A stretch of 64,000 nt of DNA, from NCBI RefSeq assembly GCF_006345805.1, contig NC_042998.1, positions 105,834,001 to 105,898,000 on the forward strand, read 5' to 3'. Source of the stretch: Octopus sinensis. Taxonomy: Eukaryota. Below are positions 51,053 through 63,960 of this stretch, in pieces (within the stretch, counting starts at the first letter, position 1; every line of letters begins with the position of its first letter). A program made the position numbers and the translations under genes. The notes under the pieces are model-generated. The model was given only the letters and a program-made list of their open reading frames with translations. It was not told the DNA's origin and ran no database searches.

Positions 51053-52879
51053 GAAGTCCAATAGAAGGGAAGATGGAGGAAGAAAATTGCCAATCAATAT
51101 ATATATGTATATATGTATGTGTGTATATACATACACAAATAAAAATTAATATAACCAACCAGGTACAATGTGATACCAGAAAGGAAAAATTCAATTGTCA
51201 CAAAGTATGACTGAGAATGCCAAATCACCTATATTGTTAGAAGTGTATGTATGTATGTGTATATATATATATATATGTGTGTGCATACAGACACATGCTC
51301 ACACACACGCATGCACACACATGCACACACACACACACACAACACACACACACACACACACAAATGTTGATGCCTTAGCCAGTACTCCTTATTATGATGA
51401 TATCTCAATGATTCTACCAAGAGTTGAAGGTTCAAAGGAAGTAGGACAATGACATAGCCATAGACACAGGTAGTAAGATGAGCAATATCATAAGTACATG
51501 AATTTTCAAATTTTTTGTGTTACCCACAATGGATTTTAGAGCAAATTGCAAATTAAAATATTTGAGTACAATTCATGTATAACATAAAAAAACACATTTA
51601 AAAATTGTTTTTATATATATTTTAGTCTATAAAATTACTTTCAACAGCATAAAGTTATTAGATTCTTAATTTCTATATTCACTAAAGCTTCATCCTATTA
51701 TGTCCGCTTTCCTTGCTGGCATAGACTGAAAGAGTCATCACAGCCTGAGTTAGTTCTTAACAAGTGCTTACTCTCATTTATTATGCATGTACACATCATT
51801 TTGGGTAGGTTTTTATGGCTAGATGCCCTCATCATCATCATCATCGTTTAATATCCTCCTTCCATGCTGGCATGGGTTGAACAGTTTGACAGCAACTGGC
51901 AAGGCAGGAGCCCGTGCTATGCTTCTGTGTCTATTTTGGCATGGTTTTTATGGCTGGATGCCTTTCCTAACACCAACCACCCCATAGGATAAGTTGAGTG
52001 CTTTTAACGTGGCACTCACACAGGCAAAGCTAGTTTTGATGTGGATTTTACACCTGGATGCCCTTCCAAATGTCAACCACTTTAGAGTGTGAACTGGGGA
52101 CTTTTTAAATGGCACCTGTACTGGTGGTGTCACCTTCTTTTCATTAATCACCTCATAGAATATACATGGTGCATTTTGTTGCAGCACTTGCTGTAGAGAG
52201 GCTGTCATGTCCTCCACCAGAGAAGATAAGACTAAAAGATCCCTTCAACCTTGTGCTTTCTCAAATCATATTTTTCACACTTAACTATGTATTGCAGAAT
52301 TTTGATGTGTTATGTTGTTAACTTATCTCAATGGCTGTATTGAGGAGCCATTGAAATAAATAATGACATAGATGTTTAACATAAACAGATATATAGGCAG
52401 TAATATAGACAATTGTATATGTAACAGAGAAGATAAGATAAACAGGGATGCGGACAAAGCAATATAGTCAGTGAGAGACAGTGAGTTAAACAGTGATATA
52501 ACGAGTCAGATTGTGGAAGGTAAGAAATGTGACAATGTTTAGATTTGAATATACATAAATACATTCACACACACATGTGCTTGTGTGTATATATACATAT
52601 ATTTATGTATATATGTATATATATATATATATATCTTTATATATATATATATATATATACATACATTCATACATAAATATATACATACATACATAATACA
52701 TACATACATACATAAATTCATACATTCATACATAAATATATACATATATACATAATACATATATACATACATACATACATACATACATACATACATACAT
52801 ACATACATACATACATACATACATAAAAAAACAAATTGGAACTGCGCAGTAAACTACTAGAAACACAAATAGCATTTGC

Positions 52880-53645
52880 CAGTGGCAAGAAGAGTTATGA
52901 TGATGATGATGAGGAGGGGGAGTCTGATGCTGATAATGATGATGATTCAGGTAGTATCAGTGAAGGTGGTGGAGAAGGGATGATGGTGGTGGGAGAGCTG
53001 CTGTTTATGTCGGTGGTAGTAATGATGCAGTCAATCACAGTGGAGGTGGTAACGAATATGACAATATTAGTTATGGTAATAAATGTTACGATGGAACCGT
53101 TCATGATGACAACACCACATTAGATTAATTAAGACATTGAAGAAGATGAAGTGAGGGCAATAAGAGGAAGAGGAAGAGGCGGACAATGACAATGGTAGCA
53201 ACACCAACAAAGATGGAGGCCCTGTTTTAATCTCAACCATCACTTGTTTGTCTAATGCAAAGAATATTTCATGGAATTTGAGGTTTTGACATGTGTCTGT
53301 TGTTCTTTGTAACAGAACAAGTAATGACAGCAGAAGTGGTGATTATGATGTTAGTGGTGGTGGTAACGGCAGCAGCAGTGGTGGTGGTGGTGGTAGCAAT
53401 GGTGGGTGTAGCTGTGGTGGTGCCACAGGTAGTAGTGGCAGCAGTGACCATGGTAGCAACAGTGGTGGTGGTGGTGGTGGTGGTGGTTTTTAGTGGTGTT
53501 TTTCTTGCAGTGAGTGGTCTTGTTACTACTTCTACTGTTGCTGCTTTCCATCGTTGTTGTTCTTGATGTTGTAGCATAAGGTTGTCATTTTCCTGTTCTT
53601 GCCATTGGTGTGTCTATAGTGGTTGTTGTTGTTGTTGATGTTGCT
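52880..53645. repeat. Trinucleotide low-complexity region (GAT/GGT/GCA/TTG); similar at 12930-13177, 33660-33860, 42420-42770
   Basis: Direct reading. Confidence 0.85.
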
Positions 53646-54345
53646 GTTATCTTTGAAATGCTTGTCTTTCTACCAATTAAGGATTTTACCATGCAACTCA
53701 ACAAATAAAATAAATTTAGTGCATCTGCTGGCTTCTTTTTATTCATTCAATTATCTATTTATTCATCTATGTATTTATTTCTATATTTTGCAATGTTCAT
53801 GCTGTTTAGAATGGTCTCAAAGACTTTGAAAAGCACATAACTTTGTTGTAGCTTAGTCTAACATGAAGAATAACCTATTCTCAATCTCTCTCTCTCGCTC
53901 TTTCTTTCACATTCTCCCTTTCTCTCTCCCCAACTTCCAATCTCTCTCTCTCTCTTTCTTTCACATTCTCCCTTTCTCTCTCCCCAACTTCCAATCCTAT
54001 TTCAATTTTCTCACTATTTGTTCCGCTCTCTCTCTTTCTCTCCCTTGCTTGCTTACACACACACACAAACAAACATATACATATGCACGCATGTGTGTCC
54101 ACAGGACAGAGAAAAATACATACATATATTATGTATGTATGTATGTATGTATACCCATATTTCAATATCTTTGATCATAATTCTTTTTTACTGAGATAAA
54201 TAGATTTTCAACTTAAGAAAAGATAATAAATTTTTGACTGCTCCTTTTGAGTTCACTATAAGTCCTTTTACAGAATATTTCCTTATTTTTACAGTATTTT
54301 CAGCCTTGTTTTATTATATATATATATATATAGATACACACACAG

Positions 54346-54680
54346 GGTTATTAAAAAAAAAATAAACCGATTTCATTACGCAATATTTTAATAAGGTAAA
54401 GCAATAGAAAACTCCAGCTAAGTCATAAGTATTTACTCACAATCAACTTTTATTTCCTGTCTTACAAGTGTTCAATGTGGTCACCACCTGCAGCATGGCC
54501 AACATCAATGCAATAAAAGAATTCCTCCCAGACGCGTATCAGCATATCACGATCTACTGAGTTGATCGGTGTCGCATTATTTTTTCTTGTAGCGATATGT
54601 CAAAGATCGCATTTATGTTCCACTGTTACCCAGTAACCTCGATGGCCTTAATCATTGAAGGACAACAGTGATCAACTCAG
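54346..54680 (-). mobile_element. Tc1/mariner 3'-end fragment with an internal inversion
   Basis: Minus strand ..INSVDRDMLIRVWEEF.Y.ID..GG.HIEHL* plus a TIR-like cagggttattaaaaa end; plus strand 54595-54680 reads KDRIYVPLLPSNLD. Confidence 0.6.
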
Positions 54681-54960
54681 CATACATTTATACATACAGT
54701 CTTATATACATACTCAAAACTGTCAGCTTCTACACCCAAATTATTAATTCACATTTATATCAATAATAATTGGTGTATTTGGTTTTAATGGTGAATGCTT
54801 AAGTGACAATCTGAAAGATAGGGTTTTCAGTCTGTAAATGGAACAGTAATCATAAGCATGACTTTTCTTGTATTTAAAATGTGGTGTTTTGTATCTGAGT
54901 AGCTCCTTCTTTGCAGGAAGACCTAAGATAATTAAAAATAGAAGACAACATGCATAGATA

Positions 54961-55350
54961 CATACATCTATATGTTACCTGAATCTCCAGCCCCTCCCTT
55001 CGATGCTTTTACAATGGCGCTTAAGGTGGTTCGGTCATGTGGCCTGGCGTCCAGAGGGTGAGCTGATTCGCAATGTCCTCCTCCCATCTCCACTTCCCAG
55101 CTGGCACAAATGCACAGGCGGACAGCTGAAGACCTGGGCAACGAGGATAAAGGAGAAACTCTCCGAACTATCAAGTCCGCAGGTGGTCGGTCTGCACAGA
55201 TGGAACTGCAAATGGCTCACTATCTCCCGTGACCTCATACAGGACTGTAGAACATGGGCCACCATGGTTCGGGATGCCGTTAGGACCAGAGAAGAAGCCA
55301 GCTCAACCCACTCTGGGTGAACGCCGTCACAAGTACAAGTAAGTAAGCCT
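54961..55350 (+). mobile_element. RTE-clade LINE 3' end
   Basis: RLRWFGHVA.RPEGEL..GGQLKTW..; ends in caagtacaagtaagtaag tandem tail. Confidence 0.8.
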
Positions 55351-55802
55351 ATATGTACATACATATATATATATGTATTATATATGTATAGGCACAGACA
55401 TGGCTGTGTGATAAAAAGTTTGCTTCCTAACCACGTAGTTCTGGGGTCAGTCCCACTGCATGTCACCTTGGATCTGCTTCTATAGCTTCCGGTTGACCAA
55501 AGACTTGTGGGTGGATTTGATAGGCAGAAACTGGAAGGAGCCCCTCATGTGTGTGTGTGTGTGTGTATGTGTGTGTGTCTGTGTCTGTGTTTGTCCCCAC
55601 CACCATTTGACAACAGGTGTTGGGGATGATTACATTCCCGTAACCTAGCAGTTTGGCAAAAGAAACTGATAGAATAAGTACCAGGCTTAGCAAAATAATT
55701 AAGTACTGGGGTTGATTCATTCAACTAAAAATTCTTCAAGGTCGTGTCCCAGCATGGCAGCAGTCTAATGGATGAAGTAAGAAACAAAAATATATATATA
55801 TA

Positions 55803-55966
55803 AGGCGCAGGAGTGGCTGTGTGGTAAGTAGCTGGCTAACCAACTACATGGTTCCGGGTTCAGTCCCACTGCATGGCATCTTGGGCAAGTGTCTTCTGCT
55901 ATAGCCCCGGGCCGACCAATGCCTTGTGAGTGGATTTGGTAGACGGAAACTGAAAGAAGCCTGTCG

Positions 55967-55975
<9 letters not shown>
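55803..55975 (+). mobile_element. tRNA-headed SINE with microsatellite-linked tail; related copies at about 2030-2180(-), 31585, 33270(-), 35470, 35690, 36330, 45320, 55388
   Basis: ggctgtgtggtaag...ggttcagtcccactgc...gaaactgaaagaagcc then (TA/TG)n; the tail module ttgacaaccgatg...gataga ataagtact recurs at 1210, 35850, 55590 and 56010. Confidence 0.8.
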
Positions 55976-56001
<26 letters not shown>

Positions 56002-56151
56002 TTGTGTGTTGTGTTTGTCCCCCTAGCATTGCTTGACAACCGATGCTAGTGTGTTTACGTCCCTGTCACTTAGCGGGTCGGCAAAAGAGACCGATAGAAT
56101 AAGTACTGGGCTTATGTGTGTGTGTATGTGTGAGTGCGCGTGTGTGTGTGT

Positions 56152-56183
<32 letters not shown>

Positions 56184-56619
56184 AATGTAACAAAACAAGA
56201 CATTGGAAAATATTTGCTATTATTTGTTCACCATTACACATGTTTCATTTATTAATAGGGATTACAGAAATTTACATGTTAAATAGACGTGCAAGGAAAT
56301 TTTTCAGACAGAGAATTAAATAAAATTATTTAATTGCAATTCCTTACATGTCTATCTAACATGCAAAACTCAGTAATTCTTTTTGGCAAATAAAACATGG
56401 AGAATGAATAATACCAAACTACTTCCCAATGTCCTGTTTTGTAATGCAATAATTCTGCAAACATTATTTTCAGAATTTTCAGCTCTAATATATACCTTAC
56501 ATCAATACAACAATGACAACAACTACATTCTGAATTGTAATAATGGAAGAAGCAGATGCCCTTCAAGAGGAAACGGCTGACACTGTACCCTACCTACCTA
56601 CATGATATAAATGATATAT

Positions 56620-56643
56620 ATGTACAAATATATATGTATATAC

Positions 56644-56725
<82 letters not shown>

Positions 56726-56739
56726 TATATATATATATA

Positions 56740-56770
<31 letters not shown>

Positions 56771-56785
56771 TATATATATATACAT

Positions 56786-56823
<38 letters not shown>

Positions 56824-57032
56824 TATATATATATATGTATATATGTGAATATGTGTGTATATATGTATATATATAGATGTATATATATATAGATAGATAG
56901 AAACACATATATATATACATATATATATATACGTATATATGTATGTATATATACATATATATATATACACATACATATATATATACATATATACGTATAT
57001 ATGTATGTATATATACATATATATATATATAC

Positions 57033-57077
<45 letters not shown>

Positions 57078-57200
57078 CACATACATATATATATGTATAT
57101 ATATATATACATATATATATATATACATTTTATATATATATATATATATATTTTATATATATGTGTTTATATATATGATATATATCTATATTAATATTTA
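56620..57200. repeat. Compound (TA)n/(CA)n/(TATG)n array; similar arrays at about 1070, 30550-31030, 42930, 47290, 48095, 50240, 52590, 61430, 62405
   Basis: Direct reading; source of the YI/CV-repeat ORFs in the track. Confidence 0.95.
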
Positions 57201-58458
57201 TACAAGCAGCACATAGGGAATAGCTTTACTTTGCAACATGTTATTACAAACATAACCTGTTTAAGTTCAATCATTTTATATTAAGGATTTTTCATATCAC
57301 TGTATCAGTTCTTTATGCTTGCTTAGAAATATTGATCTTTCTAAATCCATTTGTCTAGATATTCACAGTCTCATTTTCAAAATAACCTCTTGTCTGCATG
57401 TTCTACAGTAAGTCATAAAGAGTCTTGGGAATAATTTCATAACTGATAAAATTCTCACTGCTGGATTTAAAACACTATATTACAGTTATTCCTGGTAGAT
57501 CTCAGAATTATGATATATTTGTACTTTGATATAGCTGTGTTTTTAATTCAAGTTTATATTTTACTAGTAGTTTAAGCTTCCATAGTTATTCTTTCTTTCT
57601 TTTTGTTGTTGTTTTTTGTTTTTTAGGTGAGACTTAAGTAGAATTCTATATAAAATTGTTTATCTATTCAATTTTATTTCATGTATTCTGTTTTTTGGCC
57701 TAGTTTGTGGTTTCACAATTATATAGGCTCGTCCCTTGCTCTCTCTCTTGCTGAGCATCCTAATCTTGCAGGCTTGTAAGTGTTGGTGCCACATAAAAAG
57801 GACTCATACTGGTGTTGCATAAAGGCACCCAATACACTCAATAAAGTGGTTGGCATTAGAGAGGGCATCCGGTCATAGAAATCATACTATTTCAAATAGG
57901 CTGGACAGCTGCAGAGAGGCTTCTTCATTGGCCCATGAACATGTAAATGCATGAGACTGTATATATCAGTAAATATACTGTAAACTAATTTTTTGTATAG
58001 ATCTATATCTTTTTATTTATTATGTATGATAAAGGAATAACCATTAAAATGTGATAACTTTCCTAATTTTGAAACTTTTGTTGAATAATAAACCAATTTT
58101 TTTGCTTAGAAGATAGGTTACCATAGGGATAACAACATAATATTTTTCTCTTTTTTGTGAGTTCATATTAAAAAAAGAGATTGTGACCTTGATGTCAGAT
58201 TAAAAATAACCTTAAAATGTGTAGTCTTTATTGGGTAAATCTGTTCAATTTTTAAATTTTTACATAATCTGAGTTCAAAGAGGTGAAAGCCAGGCTGGTT
58301 TTTATCATTCATGTGTAAGCGATTATGTCATTGGTTATGATTCTCCATGATTCAGTCACTGATTCATTATATTTCACATAGATATTTACATCCTTCACAG
58401 ATAAACATACATGGAGTATATACGCAAAAATATGCATATGCGTGCTTATGTATGTTTG

Positions 58459-58510
<52 letters not shown>

Positions 58511-58857
58511 CTAAACAGCTAGTTCTAAAATCTCTCTTTGAGATGATTGCAGTAGTTGTACCAGCAATATTGTAGGGGTACGTTCCCTTGCTCACAATAT
58601 ATCAGATGCACCTGTGCATCATTATCCAGCTAGAGATATCCTCTTGGGTTAAAAAATTGCAATAAATTCCACTCAAACAGAACAGCCATGTTGAAGTGGC
58701 TATGAGAATTACTTGCTAGTACAACTACTGCAGTCATCTCTTAGATTTTGGAACTAGCTTTTTAGCTTGTTGTGAAATCAGCAACAGTGAGCCACTTGAA
58801 TTTATATATATATTGCGAGCAGACTTGACCTACTGCCATCTCTAGCAGACACGGTGT

Positions 58858-58907
58858 CCAGTACTGAAGAGAGGCAGAAATAGCCTGAAACCAGACTGGT
58901 ATGCTGG
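58858..58907 (+). ncRNA. Type I hammerhead ribozyme, intact core with one extra nucleotide
   Basis: ccagua-CUGAAGA-g-aggc(agaaaua)gccu-GAAA-cca(gac)ugg-UA|ugcugg. Confidence 0.72.
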
Positions 58908-59140
58908 TCCCATTGTGAGAAGGTGGTAGGGATTCATTTCTCTCCTTGCAATATATCGGATGCAGCTAGAGGAGTTGTCCTTTTGGAGTTAAAAAATCAC
59001 AGTAAATTCCACTCAAATGGAACAGCCATCTTGAAGTGGTTACAAACATTACTTTATTTATGTATATATATATATATATATATATATAAGTATATATGTA
59101 TGTATGTATGTATATATTTATATATATATATATATATATA

Positions 59141-60007
59141 TCATCATCATCATGGCTCGGCTTCGTGAACGAAGATCAGGAAGGCTGTCCATGTCGCGTG
59201 CATGCACACTCATGACTGACAAGTCTGATATGGGAAAGGCAGGTCCATGAGCAGTGTCCACAGATGAAGGTAACATCTGGTGTGGTGTCAGAGGCGGCTC
59301 GCACCTTCCTCCTGCATCTCTTGTCTTTACGTGCGTCTCTTCTTTGTTCCTCAAACTTGCTGACTGCATTGAAGATCGTGTGGTGCCAGACATCACAGTC
59401 TGCAGCCAGGTCTGACCAGCATTGGTGGTTAATTTGACATGCTGTTAGAGACTTCTTGAGGCAGCCTTTGTAGTGCTTCCTTGGAGCTCCTCTCACTCAG
59501 TGGCTGGTGGAGAGTTTGCCAAACAGGGCAATCTTTTGAAGGCGATGGTTCTCCATTCTGGAGACACGCCTGCCCATCAGAGGTGGTACTTCAGTAGCGA
59601 GGCTTCAATGCTGGGGATCTCGGCCCGCTCCAAGACTTCAATGTTTGTGATGAAGTCACTCCAGTGAATGTTGAGGATGGTGCAGGGACATCACTGGTGG
59701 AAGCGCTCTAGGAGATGGATGTGACTGCAGTCAGCCTCAAGAAGACGGAGGTACTTCACCAACCTACACCCCAAGAAGAATACCGCCCACTCCACATCAC
59801 TATCTGCGGTACCGACCTGAAATCAATACAGCAGTTTACATACCTGGGCTGCATCATCTCATCCAATGCAAGGATCAAAAAGGAAATTAACAATAGACTT
59901 TCTAAGGCAAATAGCTCCTTTGGCAGATTGTACAAACGTGTTTGGCACAATGGTGGCCTGAAGAACAAAACAAAGATCAGTGTTTACAGGGCCGTGGTTC
60001 TCACCAC
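59141..60007 (-). mobile_element. RTE/BovB-like LINE, 5'-truncated and 5'-inverted
   Basis: Minus 59714-59165: LLERFHQ..LNIHW..C-terminal CxxC..SH plus (ATG)n tail; plus 59715-60007: SLKKTEVL..FTYLG..TKISVYRAVVLTT; both flanks are (TA)n. Confidence 0.85.
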
Positions 60008-60397
60008 ATATATATATACATACACACACACTCTCACACCCACACATAAGAGAAACATGTATCAGCCTGCCTTGGCTTTCTCTTTTAGCCATTCTGATGC
60101 TGTGAACCTTCTTCAAAGTTTAAATTAATTTGAGCACTATTACATGTTTTCTATACTGAGCATATCTAGTTCTTCCCAATTGTCTGTATATATATATGTG
60201 TGTGTGTGTTAAAATGTCAAGGTACAATATGTATCTATTTGCACCAAGTGTTTGACAGTCGTTAACTTTAATGTTTTATCCTGACAATTCTTTGTTTTAC
60301 AACATTGAAGATTTACATCATCACTTTTAGAAATACAATTCATGGTGTTTGATTATATTGTGAGTTTTCTCTTGTAAATCAATTTTTGTTAACCCAT

Positions 60398-60690
60398 CAA
60401 TAGATTAAAAATTCGTGTTGTTTATGAAAAAGAGTTCTGTCATGGAACCAATGCATCACAGGTAGCTCAAAGCATCAATGAGGTGTTTGGTGAAGATGTG
60501 GCAAATGAGCGCACTGTGCATCTATGGTTTGAGAAGTTCTGGTCTGGTGATTTTACTCTTGAAAATCAGCTTTGTGGTAGACCTGAGACCAAGGTGGATA
60601 ATGATAAGTTGGAAACTAATGGAAGCGGACACATCTTGAAGTATGTGTGAGTTAGCAGCTAGGTTTTATATTTCGATTCCAACTGTATTA
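60398..60690 (+). mobile_element. Mariner transposase N-terminal (HTH) fragment
   Basis: KIRVVYEKEF..INEVFGEDVANERTVHLWFEKF.SGDFTLE...GRP..VDNDKL. Confidence 0.75.
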
Positions 60691-60766
60691 TATAATATAT
60701 GCAAGGAAACAGACAAAGAATTAAGAAATTAAAAAGCATACCATTAAAGATTATGCCATTCAAATG

Positions 60767-60824
60767 CTCGTATACCATGGTTTCAGGTTCTGGCCCAATG
60801 GGCCTCAACCTTCTTCAGTATGAG
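60767..60824 (-). ncRNA. Type I hammerhead ribozyme, intact core
   Basis: cucaua-CUGAAGA-agguu.ga.ggccc(auu)gggcc.ag.aaccu-GAAA-c(caug)g-UA|uacgag; one A.C mismatch in stem I. Confidence 0.78.
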
Positions 60825-60979
60825 TTACTGTATATAAAATTCTAAATCCACCACACAATAAGTCCATCAGCATTCTGGTTTATTTTGTGCCAAAACCAGT
60901 CCACATGTGCAAATATATTTATGAGCAAATAGTAATATCTTATTTTGAATGTAAGAATTCGAATATTTGCTCATATATG

Positions 60980-61022
<43 letters not shown>

Positions 61023-61435
61023 ATATACATACATACATATATATATATATCATCATCATCATCATCATTTAACGTCCATTTTCCATGCTAGCATGGGTTG
61101 GACGGTTCAACTGGGGTCTGGGGAGCCAGTAGGCTGTGCCAGGCCCAGTCTGATCTGGCAGTGTTTCTACAGCTGGATGCTCTTCCTAACGCCAACCACT
61201 CCGTGAGTGTTGTGGGGCTTTTTTACAGCCATGATCAGATTGTGCTTTTCACATGCCACCGGCACGGGAGCCAGATGAGGCTAGCAACGACCACAATCGG
61301 ATGGTGCATTTTACGTGCCACCAGCACGGAGGCCAGTCGGGGTGGCACTGGCAACAGCCACGTTCGGACAGTTCTCTTATGTGCCACCGGCACTGCTATC
61401 ACAGCTACAATTTCCATTGATGTTGATCGATATAC

Positions 61436-61491
<56 letters not shown>

Positions 61492-61496
61492 TATAC

Positions 61497-61543
<47 letters not shown>

Positions 61544-61597
61544 TACATATATATACATATACATATATATACACACACACACACATACACACACACA

Positions 61598-61637
<40 letters not shown>

Positions 61638-61639
61638 CA

Positions 61640-61858
61640 TGGCCAATGCCAGCTCCCCTGGCCCCTGTGCTGGTGGCACATAAAAAGCATCCACTACACT
61701 CTCGGAGTGGTTGGCATTAGGAAGGGCATCCAGCTGTAGAAACACTGCCAGATTAGATTGGGGCCTGGTGCAGCCTCCTGTTTCCCAGACCCCAGTCAAA
61801 ACGTCCAACCCATGCCAGCATGGAAAACAGACTTTAAACGATGATGATGATGATGATA
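61640..61858 (+). mobile_element. Short retroposon with (GAT)n tail; copies at about 4780-5340 (tandem pair), 9385(-), 27130(-), 32100, 32960, 51830(-), 57780, 61050(-)
   Basis: gagtggttggcattaggaagggcatccagctgtag...aacccatgccagcatggaaa..gttaaacgatgatgat. Confidence 0.8.
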
Positions 61859-62306
61859 CATGGAAAGCAGGCACCAAATTATAATGGTACACACATGCAG
61901 GCAAACACTAAGTGCTTCAGTACAGCTTCTTCCCACTAAACTCCACTCAAAACCATTGAAGGCTGTGGTTAGACTTGCTAAAGGTATCAGACAATGTAAT
62001 ATTACCTGGAGCTACGTGATTGCCAAGCAAACTCCTTCACCATACCACCATACATGTGGCTGGGAATAGAACATAATATTTCAGATTGTGTATTCGCTAT
62101 TCCAAGTCCTGTTTATGTAGTTGTGGGCTTTTATCTTATTGAACTTGCTAATATAATTAGAACATATATTGTCTGTATCAATTTCAGACTGTATTCAACT
62201 GCAAGGAATAAAATATATTAAAGTAAATAATTTGCTCTATGCCAGCCTTTCAATTCATTCTGCTGTGATTGATATTTGGTATTCCTTACAACAAGGGTTC
62301 ACTTAC

Positions 62307-62340
62307 ATTTGGAATATATTCCTTTATTAAAGTTATATTC
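62307..62340 (-). CDS. Candidate 34-nt upstream exon (coding or UTR)
   Basis: ttatattctttag|GAATAT...AAT|gtaagt with a perfect donor; two frames open; link to the gene unproven. Confidence 0.3.
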
Positions 62341-62412
62341 CTAAAGAATATAACTTCAATTGAAGTAATGTTGAGTGAAATGATACTCAATTAAAGGAAA
62401 AGGATATATACA

Positions 62413-62508
<96 letters not shown>

Positions 62509-63299
62509 CATACATGCATATATATATACATATATACATATATAGATATACATATATATATATATATATACATACACTCACACATACATATACAGGAAGA
62601 GAGAGAGAAAATGATGCAGATAAACATGATTAGGCTTGATATATATATAAATATACATGGATATTTACATGCATACATATGCACATAAAGACAGATAGAT
62701 AGTCTATCCACTTCATGTTGATATTTACTATTGTCATCCTCTTCCCCTTCTTCCTTCTCATCCTTGACATCATCATCATCATCATCACTATTGTCGTCAT
62801 TATCATCATAATTATCAACTCATTACTTTGATCATAACCATCTTCTGTGGTAGCATAGGTGAGCCATGATATGCAATACACTATCTTACCCTGTATTTCA
62901 ATCCTGTGTCATCTCATCAGTTTGGTCCACTTGTTTTCATATTTGACCTTGTTATTTCTTGATTTGATCAAACTTTACGATATGCTTATTTTTTACCAAT
63001 CCAAAAACGCATTATATATTTTCAGCCACTAAGTGTCATACATTCACATTACATAATGTGTATATATATATATAAGGAAATATAAGATAAAAATTTGGCA
63101 AAAATATGAGTGAAAAAACTGAGAAAAACATTAAAAGGGGCAGTAATTATTCCCCTGGAATCAAGATTATGACCTAGCAACTTCTTAAATGAAAAATATT
63201 GTTAATGTTTAGTATTTAATGTGTTCTACCTTGGTGTTGTCATCTAAAAAATAAATGTCTATTGTGGATAGTTAACTGGAGGAAAGGCTAAAGTACATT

Positions 63300-63960
63300 A
63301 AACTGTGACTGATCTGGTGAAGAGAAACTTCTTGCAGCCTGATAACAGATGTATACATCTTGTAAAGATCTCTAACCTCAAATTTAGAAGGCTGGTGAAG
63401 TCCTTTGATCAAATAAGGATGTGCGTACTTTCTGCCATACAGAACATGCACTTTTTAATCCATTGATGTACAGCGTAAATCTCACTGTGATGTGCCTCTT
63501 AATGGTGTGTGGTATATTGCTTTCCTTCAGGTTCCAGATATGGTGTGGTGGCTTTGTGTTTTTCTATTGTCTATATATTTAATAGAAGACTTTAGGTTGA
63601 TGTCTCACTTTTTGTACAGTCTAATATATTCTACTTTTTGTTCCCTTATTTGATGGAACAGAGTTAACCTCAGATTCGTAGATGACTGAGCAATTATGCA
63701 TGCCTAGTCTAGTTAGCATATATCTTGTTTCCTAATGTTGCAGCCTGGAGTAAACATTTTGGTTGGTTTACATGAAACGGTTTTCATATTATGGCTTTAT
63801 CCATATGAAACTTTCTCAGAATGTCAATTGAAGATTTTCTTCTATCAGTGGCTATTGGGGAAATGCTAGAAATGTTTCACTAACATTTGTCCTAACATTC
63901 AAGGTGGAGTATAGAGCATACCATATAACTTATTTAGGTTTATTTTTAGGCTTGATACTT
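63300..63960 (-). mobile_element. Penelope-like element fragment (RT C-terminus, linker, GIY-YIG), decayed
   Basis: IWY.PP..NVRTNV..FL, C..RKQDIC.LD.AC..VIYESEVNS, KKCMFCMAESTHIL. Confidence 0.6.

Noticed and set aside
53883-53995. Two-copy tandem duplication of about 50 bp
   Set aside because: Simple slippage in a CT-rich tract.
62880-62935. CUGAUGA...GAAA on the minus strand
   Set aside because: Stems I and III cannot be formed; treated as a chance match.
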